Source: Lingula anatina
Lineage: Eukaryota; Animalia; Brachiopoda
Length of the DNA: 64,000 bases
Direction of reading: 5' to 3'
Assembly (NCBI GenBank): GCA_051362555.1
Contig: CM120649.1
Location: 12,958,001 to 13,022,000, forward strand
Each line of letters begins with the position of its first letter. The first letter of the stretch is position 1. A model generated the notes under the pieces. The model worked only from the letters and a program-made list of their open reading frames with translations. It was not told the origin of the DNA and did not search any database. This document shows, one piece after another, positions 37,700 to 50,958 of this stretch. The position numbers and the translations under genes were made by a program.

Positions 37700-38857
37700 A
37701 TGGAATTCCCAGGACTTGCAAATAACAGTGCAGACAGAGAAAACCTGGACCGGTACAACAACCCTTTGTACACCAAACACATAGACATAATTGGTTTCAT
37801 TTGTGCTTTCCTTGGTGGAGTTGCGAACATGCTTTCTCTTTGTATTTTGTGCGCTTCTTCCATTAAAAAGAAAAGGTTCGAGCGACTTCTGATAAACCTT
37901 GCCTTTGCAAACGTCGTTTTTTGTTTGATTCTGATGCTGTATGCTGGTTTAGACATTGCAAGGCTGACCGCCAAAACTAGTCTTGATAGTAAGAGTAACT
38001 ATGCAGTTTTCCAATTTAGTGGTTCGAGTGGATATCTGATCAATGCATCGGACCTGAACGTAACTACTCTGTTGTTTGTAAAAGCCGACACGAATGAGTC
38101 TGGCGTCACATTGGAACCCGACGCCACGACTGGATATGACGTCACAATTTGGCACGACAACGGTCCACTTTCATGCCTGTACTTCTTTTCCGTGTCTTTG
38201 GAATGGGTGCGTGAACTTTTCCCGTTCTTGGCGACAACGTGGCTTGTTGTGGACCAGTTTATAGGTGTGGCCTTCTCGTTACGTCACGGCCAGATCCTCT
38301 CACCTAAAGTGGTCGTATTGTTGATAATGTCCACGTACGCCATACCCCTGGTCTATCTGATCGTCTCAACGCTGACTGGTGCTACAGACTGGACCAAAAT
38401 GGACTGCGATGTGCATTTCTTTAACAGATATAGCCATATGAAATACATGGATCCCCATTTTGTTGCCAGTGGCGTTTTTGTAGCATCGGTTTTTCTCATT
38501 AACCTGATCTTGTATCTCCTCTTAATGATATTGTTAAGAAGGCAAAGGAGACAACTGAATATTTCGCTAAGCCACCAGTCGAAAATCCGTCAGAAGAAAG
38601 ACAGTAACGTTTATAACGTTGTCGGCATGCTGTTTTGTACCTTGTTTGTCTTCTGGTCACCAATGGTGGTTCTGTATTTTTTGACAATTTTTGACAACGG
38701 GGACATCGAACCATGGGTTACTGACACCGTGGCTTGCATTACTGTGCTCAATCCGTTATCGGACGCCGTGGTGTACGGTATACGCCTGGAACACGTACGG
38801 AAGGCGTACTGTTCCTTCTTTAAGAGAACTAAACGGTGTTGCTCGGACAACAGTTAA
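37700..38857 (+). CDS. Intronless class-A GPCR, paralog 2 (385 aa from ATG 37700)
   Basis: Colinear with paralog 1 (MEF.. aligns to MEY..) and has the same motifs: NLAFAN, VVDQF, FWSP, NPLSDAVVY. The ORF-track start at 37667 is a GTG. Confidence 0.9.
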   Translation: MEFPGLANNSADRENLDRYNNPLYTKHIDIIGFICAFLGGVANMLSLCILCASSIKKKRFERLLINLAFANVVFCLILMLYAGLDIARLTAKTSLDSKSNYAVFQFSGSSGYLINASDLNVTTLLFVKADTNESGVTLEPDATTGYDVTIWHDNGPLSCLYFFSVSLEWVRELFPFLATTWLVVDQFIGVAFSLRHGQILSPKVVVLLIMSTYAIPLVYLIVSTLTGATDWTKMDCDVHFFNRYSHMKYMDPHFVASGVFVASVFLINLILYLLLMILLRRQRRQLNISLSHQSKIRQKKDSNVYNVVGMLFCTLFVFWSPMVVLYFLTIFDNGDIEPWVTDTVACITVLNPLSDAVVYGIRLEHVRKAYCSFFKRTKRCCSDNS

Positions 38858-40433
38858 TTTTTGGAGAACATCCACGTTTCAAATTTTGTTTTCATTATAT
38901 TACGTTTGAGAAGCAGGCTAGAGACAGTAATAGCTTAGTGTTTTTATATATATTTGCAAAATTATCATAATTATATTGTGAATGCACAGTTTGTAAAGAT
39001 CGAGAAATTTAAATGTATATTTATACTTAAATACAGGTAAAAATGAAACGTTGACAAGTAGAATTTATCTACAGGATCCAATATATAAATAAATTTGTAT
39101 AAGTGTACTAACGTATTTTCCATAAGTGTTTATAATTTCATTCTCTCTGCTTATTCATGTTGTACTGCACTCATGTCTGGATTAAAACATCGCATTAGCT
39201 GTTTGTAATAAATATCTTCTAAACCGCCAATCCAGCGTAATAGTTCTCCCTCTTATCAACTTTGGCAAGCACACATTGGTCAGGGAAATAAAAAATCCAT
39301 ATACATATTAATTGATTAAGTGCACCAAGCAATACGTACAATTGTCATCACAAGGTATCAAACGGTTCAGTTTTTCCTCCATAATTTGTTTAACCTGGTA
39401 GGCTTTATTCTCATAATGCCAAAGTATTATTGAACGCAACTTCTAAGTTTCACTTCTATGAAGAAACGTAGGCGGACCGTACATGTAACGTTGAAGTACA
39501 ACCGAGATAACGATAGTACTAATAGATTTTGTAAGATGCCAAACTCTCCATGTTCGTTTATACCTGTTTAATGTAAGCAGCAGATAGATTATCTGAGCAG
39601 GTCACCCTTACCTACCAATGGATACCATGTACATAAACCCGTTTCTAGTACCAAGGTTTTAGTTTTTGGGTCATTGTCACGAGCAGATAGAGACTGTTTA
39701 ATGTACCCCAGCAAATAGTGAGACACTCATAACTAAAAATAATAAGAAAAAATTTAAGATCGTAAATTTCTCAGCGATATTAAAAGGGACGTTCCTCGAT
39801 AAAAACGCTGGAAATTCATTTTATTTGTATAAAAAAGTTTATTGTGTGTTGTATACCTTTGAGAATTTGACCACACCCACTCATTGCTCAACATTCCCAC
39901 TCCATATATTGCGGAAAGGTGAATCATCCTTCCTATATCTAATATGATAGGATGTACCAAGACATTCAAATTGATTGATGACAATGAAACCTGAGTGCGG
40001 CGCGGTTAGGCCTACTGAAGAAATTAAAATTTCACATTACCGAGGTACAACAAGGCACAATAAATGCTCTTAGTATGATAAAACCAATATCAAATAATAC
40101 CTAATTTCTGAACGTGTTTTCAGCATGCAGGTGCGGAAAGTGATATTGCCAATGCAACCGTTGGGATGGTAAGGTAAAATGACAGCAATTCGGAGTGCAA
40201 TAGGACTTAAGCACTGGCATTGACACAGCAACGGCGTAGTTTAACTTTGGAAGCTGATTTAAGGGATCGAGCTGCCACAGTACATTCATGAGCGCTTTGG
40301 TAAACATTTGGTAGCCAGCCGAGTGATTATCCTGAGTATATTTGTAAAAGACTCGACATAACCCAAAAAGGATATACATATATATGGTATATTTGGATAG
40401 TATTGGTTTTACTGATTTCGGTAGTTTATAGAA

Positions 40434-41565
40434 ATGGAATACACTGGACTCTCAAATAGCAGTGGAAGAGGTGGAAATTTGGAGCGCTACAACAGTTATC
40501 TATTCACCAGAAATATAGACATAATTGCTTTCCTTTGTGCTTCCCTTGGTGGCATAGCGAACATGATATCTTTTTGCATCCTGCGCACCTCTTCAATTAT
40601 CATCAAAAGATTCGGACGACTCTTGATTAACCTTGCCTTCGCAAACATTGTTTTTTGTATAATTCCCATGCTATCCTCTGGCTTAGATGCTGCGAGATTG
40701 ACCGACGAAATACGCGCTGGAGTAAACTTCACAGTTTTTCAGTTTGGTGTTACAAATGAAAATGACGTCACGTCGGTCCATGACGTGACAACTACTTTTG
40801 TTGGAAATACCGTTACGAACGGGCATGACGTCACATTGCTACCTGACGACACGACGGGAAATGATGTCACAATTTGGTACGACAGTGGACCGCTCTCATG
40901 CCTGTACCACATTTCCGTGTCTTTGGAATGGATCTATGAGTTTTTCCCGTTCTTGGCTACAACCTGGCTTGTTGTGGATCAGTTTATGGGCGTGGCCTTC
41001 CCGCTACGTCATGGCTTGATTTTTACACCTAAAGTGGTTGTATTGCTGATAGTCTCCACTTACGTTATACCACTGGTCTATTTGACCGTCTCGACGTTGA
41101 CCGATGCCACAAATCAGACCAGATTAGACTGTACAGTGATTTTCTTTAACAGACATAGGCATATGAAATACCTGGACCCTCACTTCGTCGCGAATGGCAT
41201 CATGGCGTCTCTATTTCTAATTAACTTACTTTTATATCTCCTCCTTATGATAATGTTAAGACGACAGAGAGTGCGACACGATATTTCCCAAAAACCAAAA
41301 GAAGGATGGCAGTAACGTTTACATTATTGTCAGCATGTTGTTTTGTACCTTGTTTGTCTTCTGGTCACCAATGGTGGTTCTGTATTTCTTGACAATATTT
41401 GATCATGGGGTCATTGGCCAATGGGTAACGGACACCGTGGGGTTGATAACTTTGCTCAATCCGTTATCGGACGCCGTGGTGTACGGTGTACGACTGAAGC
41501 AAGTACGCAATGCGTACAGTTCCTTCTTCGAGCGAATCAAACTTTGGCCTTCGAACAAACCTTAA
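40434..41565 (+). pseudogene. Class-A GPCR paralog 3, frameshifted in ICL3
   Basis: TM1-5 are in 40434-41315 and TM6-7 continue in another frame to 41565. The segment from RRQR to SN is 58 nt versus 72 nt in both paralogs (net 14-nt deletion), giving TAA at 41313. Confidence 0.85.
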
Positions 41566-43591
41566 ATTTTTGTTGAACATTTATGGTAAACGTATCATAA
41601 TTTTTTTTCATATAATCAACCTTATTGTGGACGCAATGCATTGGCATAGAGACTTGTTTCCAGAATGCTCTGAAACTCAGTTTTGCAAAGAAGGCATAGA
41701 TGCACCAGTGTGTGGTGGTTGACCGTTGGAAAAGTTTCTGGTTTGAGCAAGCGTCTCCTAGCTCCAATGAACTTTGGTTGGCAGTACATTAATTTAAACT
41801 GTTATATGATTTGACCCTTATCACCCCATATTTATAGCGTTATGTTGCAGCGAGGAATAATTGTGAAAAGAAATTATCGTGCGGTTGATATTTTGGATGC
41901 ATCAAATAGGCGTCCATTAAAGCCATACTGCATATTTTTAGGTAATTCAGACAACCAAAGAAGTGTGTTTGCTATGTACATCGTGTTACGTTAGCCTATT
42001 ATTCGTGTGCCATACTGTAAACCGTAAAAGTAAAAGATGCTTAACAGAAAAAATAAACAGCAGTTAATCTGACCAAGTGTAAGTGTAGGGAGTTTTTTAT
42101 GCTTGGAGCCTTTGGCCGGCGATATTAGTTTCCTTCACAGACTGAAAAGTATCTACCAGTATCATCTTGAAAGGTTAATGAGAAAAAATAAAAGAAATCT
42201 CTTCAAAGATCTAGGCGTGACATTTCTCATTCCTTTCCATATTGCAGTATATTATATTACCATGAGGAAATTTATTGCCGCTGGGGCGTATTTAATTGGC
42301 ATTCACACAATTGGCATGCACGTAATAGGACTGACATACGTGTCATTTTCTGAGATAATTTCCAGCTGGCTTTAACTGTGAAAAAATGCGGTGAGCATCA
42401 ATCTAATGATTTGGGTGAGGATTCATTTTTAGCTGCAGGAGAAATAATTTTTCTGTTATCTGTGCTACAGTATATCTTTATGCAGAAATGTTGCGGGCTG
42501 TGTGGATATAAAAGGTCACATTATGACGCAGAAATTAAGTCATTGGATAAATAGATAAATAAATAAATAAATAAATAAACATTGATTTACAGTGAGGGTT
42601 GTTTCGCTCGTGTCAGTGAAAAAGGGGGAAATAATATACGTTCAGTTTGACTACCAGAAACCCGTGGAGATCACAGAAATAGTTTACATCCAGTTCACTT
42701 CACTTAATAAGTCTTGGATCCGCCTCATTCATGTATAGCGTTTATATCAAAGTTTCGTTTCAGTGTGGAAAAAATTCCCATAACCTTGCGCGTAAGACGT
42801 TAAAGCTCTGGAAATTTCAGCAATTTTCCTGCATCTGCCCTTTGTAAGCCACTTTTTCTGATTATAATAATCCCCTTCCATTTACGAATTTGATTGCAGA
42901 AAATTATCTCCGGATAAAAATATCCATCATTTACTTTACACAAGGTACCCATGTAATTTGTTTTGCGGATCACAATTCCAGAATAAGCACATTCACGACA
43001 AGTTGATCCGCGGACTAAATAATATGACCGGCCCACCTTAAGAGCATTGTCGCTAATTCCCTGATGGTCTCCCTGCCTCCACACTCGCCGTCGATGCAGG
43101 GGCCTAGCAATCAAACTTTGGGGCTGGGATTGAATCCGTTTAATATAAATGAACTATCCTATTTTATCACATCTTTAAAAGGTTTGCTAGCTCTTCATGT
43201 ACTTATTTACTTACACCAAAAGTTCGAGTCAACCATCAATGGGCCATCGAATCACTTTATTTCCGAGTGATTATCCACTCCAAATAAAATAATTACGAGA
43301 TGACGCCTTTGTTTTTCAGTATGTCATCTAAAATATTGGCTATGGTACATGTATGTGATTTAATTGAGTCCCACTGGAAAGTCCCCACAGCTTTTAGAGA
43401 TGAAAGTAGATTGGAAATGGCAATGGGGCGGATATAGAATTCATCGGCAACCCTGACTTTCAGAGTCTACCGGCTACTTTACAAACATGTTGTAAGTTAC
43501 CGGGAGCGCTGTGAGATGGCGGGTGTTTTAGAGATTTATGAGTTACCTGTATATATTTGATTATTTTTCTGAACTATGCTCACGTACAAAA

Positions 43592-43634
<43 letters not shown>

Positions 43635-44706
43635 AACAAAATAATAATGATAAATGAATGATTCTTTGTGACCAAACAACTTTTTATGTGTATACTGCGA
43701 GGGGTACTTTTATTAAAGAGAAACCTCGATATTTTTTTCCATGGAAACAATTATTATAAATTGTTATTATTATTATTTTAAATGAAGCTTCACTGCTTTT
43801 AATGTCGGTTCTCAGCTTTTATCGGTAAGACTTTTTTTAATTGTCTCTAAAAATATTACTTAAACGATATTAATAATGACTCTTCTACATCCCCGAAGTA
43901 GATGTGCCATCAATTATAAACCATCAATATAATTACTAAGATATGTCCCAACGGTAAGGAAATAACCATTAAAACGACCCCTCAAAGGATTTTCACTTCC
44001 TGACATGGCGTCTGTTAGACGCCTACGTGTATGTCCAGATTGAGAGTCGGTCTCTCGAGGATTTAATAAACGGCAGGCGATCCGTCCAATTTTCAATGCT
44101 CATTCTTCATAACGACAACAGACAACTTCATTGAAATTAAAACATGAAATTTAAGTAAAACTCTTGCAACACACTGCCGTGATGAAGCTAATTAATATTT
44201 ATTTTCCACATATTTATATGATTATCATACACATCTTCCCTAAAAGTGTATTTGATTAAATATCGCTTAACACTTTTATATATAATGTAAACATAGAGTA
44301 GTACTGTCTCTAATATAACTATCACTGGTAAATATAGAAACACATTTCAATGACTATATTACTCTGGTAATAAAAAGAATCATGTACTCTTCAAAACTCA
44401 GTAGATGAGATTTAATGACAATGCCATAAATATTAAACACAGAAAAGAATATTAACATTTGTAAAATTGTAAATTCAACAAGCACTTTATAGCCTGCTTA
44501 TCACTGACAAGTTACTAATAAAATAATGAAATAATAATAATAATTCATGTAAATCAATAGATTTTCAGCAGATACATATTTAATAAAAAGGGAGGAAATA
44601 AACATTTGTAAAAAAGAATAAAAGAAAATGTACATTTCAAGTTACCTGCCCAAAAGTAAATAAATGAATAAATAAACAGTGCACACACTGACTCAATAAT
44701 CTTGTT

Positions 44707-46186
44707 TTAAATTTGCAATATATGTTGTACTATCACAGTTGCAAAGTCCAGAATATCACTGGTTGGGATCTTGGTGATCTGACTCAAATGATCAATGACC
44801 TGACAAAGAACAAGAAAAAATATTAAAAACAATTGAAACGTGATGAGCTGAGCTATCCATTATTAATGCCTTTCTGAAAAGTCAATCAATATTTAAAGCA
44901 TCCAACCAAACAAGCCACTGATCAATCGATATTTCTTCACATTAAATAACATTTGAATATTGACAGCAAATGAACCAAACCCATTTCAAGTTTACGGTGT
45001 GCAAATTTAATCACTTTCAGTTTGTATTAAATGATAATCATATTAAAAAAAGAAACTACTGTTATTTTTAATACATATTTATGAAGTTGGGCGTAATTTT
45101 TGACTAATAGAAACAATGTGTCCAGAAAGCATTTCTACATATATGACAGATTTAAATGTGACAAAAACCTACAGAGATTATACCATTGGACATTGAAGTT
45201 GATAAATATGCACCTGTGGAAATTTGTTAAGTGACTATCAAAAATTGATAAATATGCACCTATCACATCATAGAAACTTATGTGCAATTTGCCACATTTT
45301 ACTTTTGACTAATAGATGTGTTAACTTTTCACAAAAATAAAACTAATAACAAAACAAAAATAAAATGATATACCTGGTACAATGAATAATAATAATAATA
45401 ATAGTCACCTTGTCTGTATTGGTCTGATCCACAACATAGGAAGCAGCTGATATCACAGATGATGAGAGCAGAAACATGTCATACTCTAATGAAATACACT
45501 TGTTCCTACAATACAAGGTATAACAAAGCTACACTGAGTCTAGATTTAAATTCAGTCATAATTTTTCACTTGATTTTTTAAAATGTTAATCAAAAATTTT
45601 GTCAAAATTACTATGCAGTAAATTCTTATAAGTATTATTTAACATATAATAATAATTGTAACTGATTAAACAAGTTTTGTTAAAACACAGGTAATTTATT
45701 TTGAACCTGTATCAAAAACATCTATATATTTAAGCGATAGACTGGCATATTTTCATGCACCTGTCAGTTTCTGAAATGGTGTCTTGTTCCAGAGCAGTCA
45801 GGAAGAGGAGATCATATATCTCTCTCCTCTGGATGTAAACCAGGTCCATCACTTTCAGGCTGACTCCGTGGTAAACCTTCACACTCAGGTCTGGCTCTGT
45901 GTGCCCTGCCAATCAAATATCAATGAAAATCAATTGATAATAAATGAAGTGATTCACTGAAACAAGCAATAAAGCGCTTTCTTTATAGGTCTTGAACATA
46001 TTCAATTATCACTTCAAGCTCAGTTGGTTTTTTTTTTTACAATAAATTAAGCTTCTTTTCCTCCATCTACTGTATAATATCAATTACTGGTGTATTAACA
46101 AAAATGTTCAACCAAAATGGTAGTACATTCTTAATAATATCATGTAGAAAATGTACAAGAGATTGACAAAAATACCAATAAACAAA

Positions 46187-46225
<39 letters not shown>

Positions 46226-49200
46226 ATGTATTGGCTATTTTTATATATACAGACCTAATACTTCCAGCAATGTCTCCACATACAAAAGCGGAGAACTGAT
46301 CATCACTTTGTACTCAAGCGCCTTCAAAATCCTAAGTTCTGACTGCATAATGCTATCTGCGCTGTACCGTTGGTTTACAAATTCTTGGAGGAACTTTTTA
46401 ACTCGCCGGGGGCTTATGATCTGAAAATGTATGAATTGCAAGTAAATTATCAACATAATAATTGAACTTTGAGTTCATTAAAGTATTCTTCTTTACTCAA
46501 AAAATTAAAACAGAAATATACTTTTACAATTTGTATAAAACAAAATGGAGCAGGATGTTTGATGTTCTATCGCCTAATACTAAAATGAGCAAAAAAAAAA
46601 AAAAATTGTGCAACAAGTGCAACTGGAAGAATATAAGAATATGGCATTTCTCGGCAAGAGTTTGTTACAAACATTTTTTTGACTGTTGCAAATATATTGT
46701 ATTTTTTCTTTGTCTACACTGGACTTCACAGAGTTTGAAATTTCATCAAAGTTTTTAATTATTTTTATGAGAATATTTTCAATTTCATAATTTTCAGCAT
46801 ATGAATAAATTCATATGTAAAAATGGAATACTACTACTACTACTACTAATAATAATAATAATAGTAATTGGGATGAAATATAATTTGATAAAGAAACAAA
46901 ATATAATATTAAAAATTAAATATTAAAAATTAAAAAACAAAAATATATCAATAATAACAATAATCTCAACACAAAGAGCTCACCTTGTAGTGAGAGGTCA
47001 GCTTGCTGGCCAGTTGACAACAGCTGACCACCCTTAATACCATCTGTCTCTCCACCCCAACCCTGATCTCCTTCCACCTTTTCTTCTTCTCTTCTTTACT
47101 GATCTTCATCTCTTTGACCTCACACCACAGGTCTGTAATGTGTCTGACCATAAAACTATGGCAGAACAATTTTATATTTTAAGTTAATGGATTGAGGGAG
47201 AGTTTAGATAAACCAATCATACTAGCTGGATCGATCCAACTCTGTGGGGGTTCTCGCTTTAGTGCAGTTAATGTAATCTAAACTAGCAAGGGGGTATAAT
47301 TAACTATTATGGGCTCTTAGCTCTTTCTCTCAAGGAAACATGCCAGACAATTAAGCTGATAACATATACACTTCAGCAACAATATCCCACAGAGTTGATT
47401 AGATCCAGTTAGCATGATGGGTTTATCTGAATGCGGTCAAAGTTTGGACTTCAAGTTGATCACAAAAACTAAATCAGAAAAATGCATTATGGCTTGTTTG
47501 AAATATGTTATATATGTTTTGTTTTTTATAAATCTTTAAATATACCTACAACATACTAGAGTTTACTTCAGGAAGTTACAGAGATGTTACAATAATCCCA
47601 CGGAAGCATTCATGGGCAGAAGATGTTTTCTCTATTTTTTTTCAGATCAAAATATTTTGCACAGTGATTAATAATCATTAAATAACTTGAATGTGACATG
47701 TACACCAGTAATTGTAAACATAATCTGAAAGTCATCTCATTACAAAGAAAAAATGCATAAAAATTCAAGTTAATTATATAAGCACAGTTAAAATCATCAA
47801 TGATACTCAGCATAGTATTTTTTTTTCCTACATGTACCTGTCAAATAGCTCCACTGCAATATATTTTGCCTCATCTACCAACTTGAAATGATCACAAGTT
47901 AAAAACACAAACTGAACAGCATCTCCACTCTTAAAATATCCCTGAAATGTAAAGAATTCATTCAATATTCACAGCACTTGAGTGATTATTATCTAGTACA
48001 TGGACTTGTCTGTACCAAAGAGGTGAAATTACTTACTAGCATTTATGTGTTATTTTTTCAAATTACAGCTACTAGTACATATAGTAAATTCTAATGGTAG
48101 TGATATTCAATTAAATGCTTGCGTTTTATATCTGTATGTATATAAAAGTAAAAAAATCTTTTATCACCAACTGCAGATATGCCAAATCCAAATCTGTGGA
48201 GAAAATTACAATCTTTAAAATCTTTTTTTTTTTGAGGAAATTTAACTTTTTTTTTTGTGACAAGTGATGAAAATTTGAAACTGAATTCAAAAATTAACTT
48301 CTAAATTGTAATTCTGTGAACGTCCTAGTTATGGTACATACTGTACATGTTCAATGTACCAGTATAATTATACATAAAATACTTTGGGGAAAAGTATATA
48401 CAGAAAATTGCTAAAATTTCCAGAAAAATGAATTTTTGTATTTTGATAACAAAGTCTAAAATGCATCAGATGCCTTTAAAATATCTGAGCGGGTTAAAGC
48501 TTTCTGAGTAAACCCATACTGTATCAAAAGGACAGTGCAATATAATCCTCTGAGTGTACTTAGTTGAAGAGTTCATAGCTTTTAGCCTTGGCTGCCTAAT
48601 TATCAGATGTTGTTCTCAATAAATAAATGATAAGGTTGCAATTTCATGATGAGAGGTGCGGGCTTTTAACACTTGCTGTACATAACTTTGTACTGCAGTA
48701 ATCACTCTGGATCTTGATTTAATGGAGTTTCACTCTCAATTTCCGAAGTGGTACATGTAGTGCTGGGCCTTTCTAATTGATGATAATTAAGGGTACAATT
48801 TAGGTGCTGATGGTAAAATTGGAAAAACAACAGGTCACACATCCTATGGAGCAAAAGGCTTTACTGCATCAACTTTCACCGACTCAAAATTCCATCGACT
48901 TTTTTTCACCAATTAAGCTACCTACGTAACTGAAACCAATTTTTATTTTTATTTTTATACACACAGCAGGAACAAAAATATGCTCATGATCTAATTCTAC
49001 TGAAGTCTGCAACACTGCATATATTCAAGGCTTTACTACAAAGATTATTATTATTATCATCATTATTATTACTTTTTATTATTATTTACTTTCATTTGAA
49101 AAAAAAAAAAGAAAAAAGAATTATTAGAATAAAACTTTATTGGCACAAAATATATAACAAAGTGAAAAATAAAACTTTAAAGCTCCTCAATTTTTATACA

Positions 49201-49588
49201 TACCCAAATACACTAGTACCCCGGTACTTCAACAAATATTGTTTTTAAAGAAATTTGGTTGAAACTGTTAATTGTAGCTGTAATTGATACACAATGCTAA
49301 AGTGATAAATTTCTGCACAAATATATATAGTGTACCAGAACAATTAAACTTAGGACCTCTGAAATTTAATATCCCACACGAGCTGAAATACACTCATATC
49401 CAACATACATGAGCCACATTAGCTTTCAACATTCTCTGCTCATTCTGGCTCACAAGGATTTGTAGCCAGTCGTCTAACATCTCAGGGGTCATAGCTGAGG
49501 GAGAAACATTGAAGACAGGCTCAGGAGGTGTTCCAAATATTCCATCATGTTTTCTTTTCGTGGTGTTTTTTGCATTTTTGCTTGTCAT
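44707..49588 (-). CDS. CNTD1: Cyclin N-terminal domain-containing protein 1 (meiotic crossover factor, COSA-1 family), ~318 aa, 7 coding exons
   Basis: Exons (-): 49409-49588, 47838-47941, 46984-47155, 46255-46420, 45761-45905, 45409-45505, 44707-44799 (957 nt, phases consistent). Motifs VQFVFL, AVELFD, LRVVSCCQLASKL, SELRILKALEY, PLLYVETLLEVLG. Confidence 0.88.
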
Positions 49589-50059
49589 GCTGAAAAGAAT
49601 AAATGCATTTTGTTTTTCAAACAATAATCTGACTGCACTGGTAAGTATAAAAAAAACTAATCATTTAATTTTAATTAAAATTTACTAAACCATTGACCTA
49701 CCAATATAGACTCATTCTGTTTAATTTTTAATCAATTAAATTAAATTGCTTATTGGTCTATTCAATTGCTTTTTTATTTGTTTATTTATTTATTTTTCAA
49801 AGTTTTCTTTATACTAATTTGCGTTCAGTTTCTTCTTGAACATTTATAAGCATAAACCATGCTGGTCAAATTGAAGAAAAATAAATTAAAGCCGAGTTGA
49901 CTGAAAAAGCGAAAGATCAATAACTTTTCTTGTAGCTATTTAGTAATTTAAAGCTTCACTTCGAGCTTTTCAAGTTCTTTGCTTCAGCTAGCAGACGACA
50001 CTCAGATTAAAAAGGAAATGATGCTGAAAAAACATAGAATATCTGAATTTCACCCGTGT

Positions 50060-50285
50060 CATTACCTGGAAAGTATCATTTGTTGTTATATCATTCTGTC
50101 ACTTAATAAATGCCATCTAGTTATTAAGGATAGAAAAATAAATTAAATTAAAAATAAGGCAGAAACCGAATTTCCAAACAAAAATCAGCTGTTCACCTTG
50201 ACCTAATTCGATATACGCATGCGTAGTCAGGAACACTTCCTGTTTTGGTTTGAAAGGGGTAAATTTGAATTTCGAAGGTATTGTA
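50060..50285. promoter_or_regulatory. Putative bidirectional promoter CNTD1/BIVM
   Basis: Both genes have an acceptor just upstream of the ATG. Opposing donor-like sites at ~50065 (-) and ~50278 (+) flank an NRF1-like palindrome TACGCATGCGTA (50214-50225) and an ETS core CACTTCCTGT (50234-50243). Confidence 0.55.
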
Positions 50286-50958
50286 CGTTTTGTATATCAC
50301 CTACATGTCGTTCTTTTATTGTTTCAAAGGTCAGGTACTAAAATACTTTTTTAATATCATGGATTTTTTGTCTTACTTAGTTTTGATGTCTGTAAAACCC
50401 CGTTACTTTTGCAATTAAGCAAAGAGCTAGTATCATTTTTCTAAACAACTTACTAGTACTAATATATTTATTACAGTACTACTGCTAGGATGTTTGAATC
50501 GAAGGAAGTTTGTCGACAAATACGCTCAGTAACGGTGTATCTAGTACATTTCATGCTACATATTCGTTTCATTTAGCCAGTTCACATTTTAGAAATGCCG
50601 AAGGACTATTATTGCAACACTGCATTTTGTATTTTTCCTATCTTCAAGGAGGGGGATCATGCCATTACGGCATTACTTAGATACAGTTACACCATTATGT
50701 AAATGAGGGTCTGGTGTACTTGTCAATATGACATACTGTAAGCCTGCACCCAGCAACTTTTTGTAACGGGCATTCTATTCATGGGGAATGGAACCCCCCT
50801 TTTTTTTCGGTGGACTGAGTGAAGCTAATATCACAGTTCTTTTATGTTTATTATGGACATAATTATTAAGGTAGGTTTCTCAGAAATAAAATGCTTACTA
50901 ATTTCGTTTTTTTTTTTTACTGCAGATTTCTTTGAATGATGTAACTTCATGAAATAAA

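Noticed and set aside
43985-44020. ETS/YY1-like motif cluster (CACTTCCTGACATGGCG)
   Set aside because: No associated exon or ORF could be traced, and short motifs alone are insufficient.
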